A DNA stretch of 59,401 bases, taken from positions 1-59,401 of the IMG/VR virus record IMGVR_UViG_3300002038_000009; one strand, 5' to 3'. The DNA comes from a virus. Shown one piece after another: positions 59,090 through 59,401 of the stretch; position 1 is the first letter of the stretch, and each line of letters opens with the position of its first letter. A model generated the notes under the pieces. That model saw only the letters and a program-made list of their open reading frames with translations. It did not search any database and was not told the DNA's origin. A program made the position numbers and the translations under genes.

Positions 59090-59401
59090 TTAAGCCATGA
59101 CCTCATCTAGTTCACGCAGTCTTATTGCCTGTTTTTCGCTTAAGCGAGTCTGCTTTCCGTCATTCCCGATTTCCAGTAGTTGGTCTAGTGTTTCTAGCAC
59201 TTGGTCCCATATTTGTTGCGATACAGTAACACCAGCAACACTAGTAACACGGGCAGCACGGGCAGCAGCCGCAACAGCATCAGAATCAGAATCAGAATCA
59301 GAATCAGAATCAGAATCAGCATAAGCATCAGCAGTCGCCGCCGCGTGGGCCGCGTGAGCCGCCGCGTGAGCCGCCAAGCGAGCCGCCGCGTGAGCCACGT
59401 G
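59090..59401 (-). CDS. 3' part of the wrap-around gene (see 1-457)
   Basis: The frame is open to the window end. The GTG 'start' in the ORF track is internal (…HVAHAAARLAAH…). Contains ADSDSDSDSDSDSDA. Confidence 0.75.
   Translation of the reverse strand, partial: HVAHAAARLAAHAAAHAAHAAATADAYADSDSDSDSDSDSDAVAAAARAARVTSVAGVTVSQQIWDQVLETLDQLLEIGNDGKQTRLSEKQAIRLRELDEVMA
59279..59320. repeat. hexanucleotide microsatellite (ATCAGA) x6 plus one imperfect unit
   Basis: Direct reading. It encodes (Asp-Ser)n on the minus strand. Confidence 0.95.

Overview
The window is a complete dsDNA phage genome. Its unique length is about 59,355 bp, because bases 1-46 repeat 59356-59401 and one gene reads through that junction. 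The genome has two divergent arms that start from an AT-rich, repeat-dense control region (3405-3960) and converge near 40250-40420. The plus arm (3961-40247) starts with small early or accessory genes that have near-consensus sigma70 promoters and strong terminators, including a Q-like antiterminator candidate. Next comes a six-gene block of large fibre/spike-like proteins. A lambda-ordered morphogenesis module follows: small terminase, GpA-type large terminase, gpW-like, lambda-family portal, S49 protease/scaffold, gpD-like decoration, gpE-like major capsid, connector/terminator proteins, major tail, G/G-T chaperones with an A_AAA_AAC slippery site, a 1648-aa tape measure and a 1348-aa tip protein. 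The arm ends with a lysis cassette (holin candidates, lipobox lytic transglycosylase, lipoprotein, overlapping spanins) and an HTH-metallophosphoesterase. The minus arm runs from 3404 leftward through the window junction to 40419. It encodes many small proteins, several of them low-complexity or simple-repeat proteins and zinc-finger proteins. It also carries the replication module: AEP primase/SF3 helicase, tRNA-His(GUG), an SNF2 helicase interrupted by a 310-aa intein in its P-loop, an SSB-like protein, family A DNA polymerase and a PD-(D/E)xK nuclease. I saw no integrase, repressor, CRISPR array or reverse transcriptase. The signals I rank highest are these: (1) a strand-specific 10-mer, AGTGCAACTT, with 8 exact co-oriented copies confined to the early arm and control regions; (2) the inverted-repeat control region; (3) a family of direct repeats that duplicate gene-start junctions and bracket single-gene cassettes; (4) two tightly packed genes broken by apparent frameshifts; (5) the P-loop intein. 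Protein assignments come from motifs I recognised by eye and from synteny. No database search was run.
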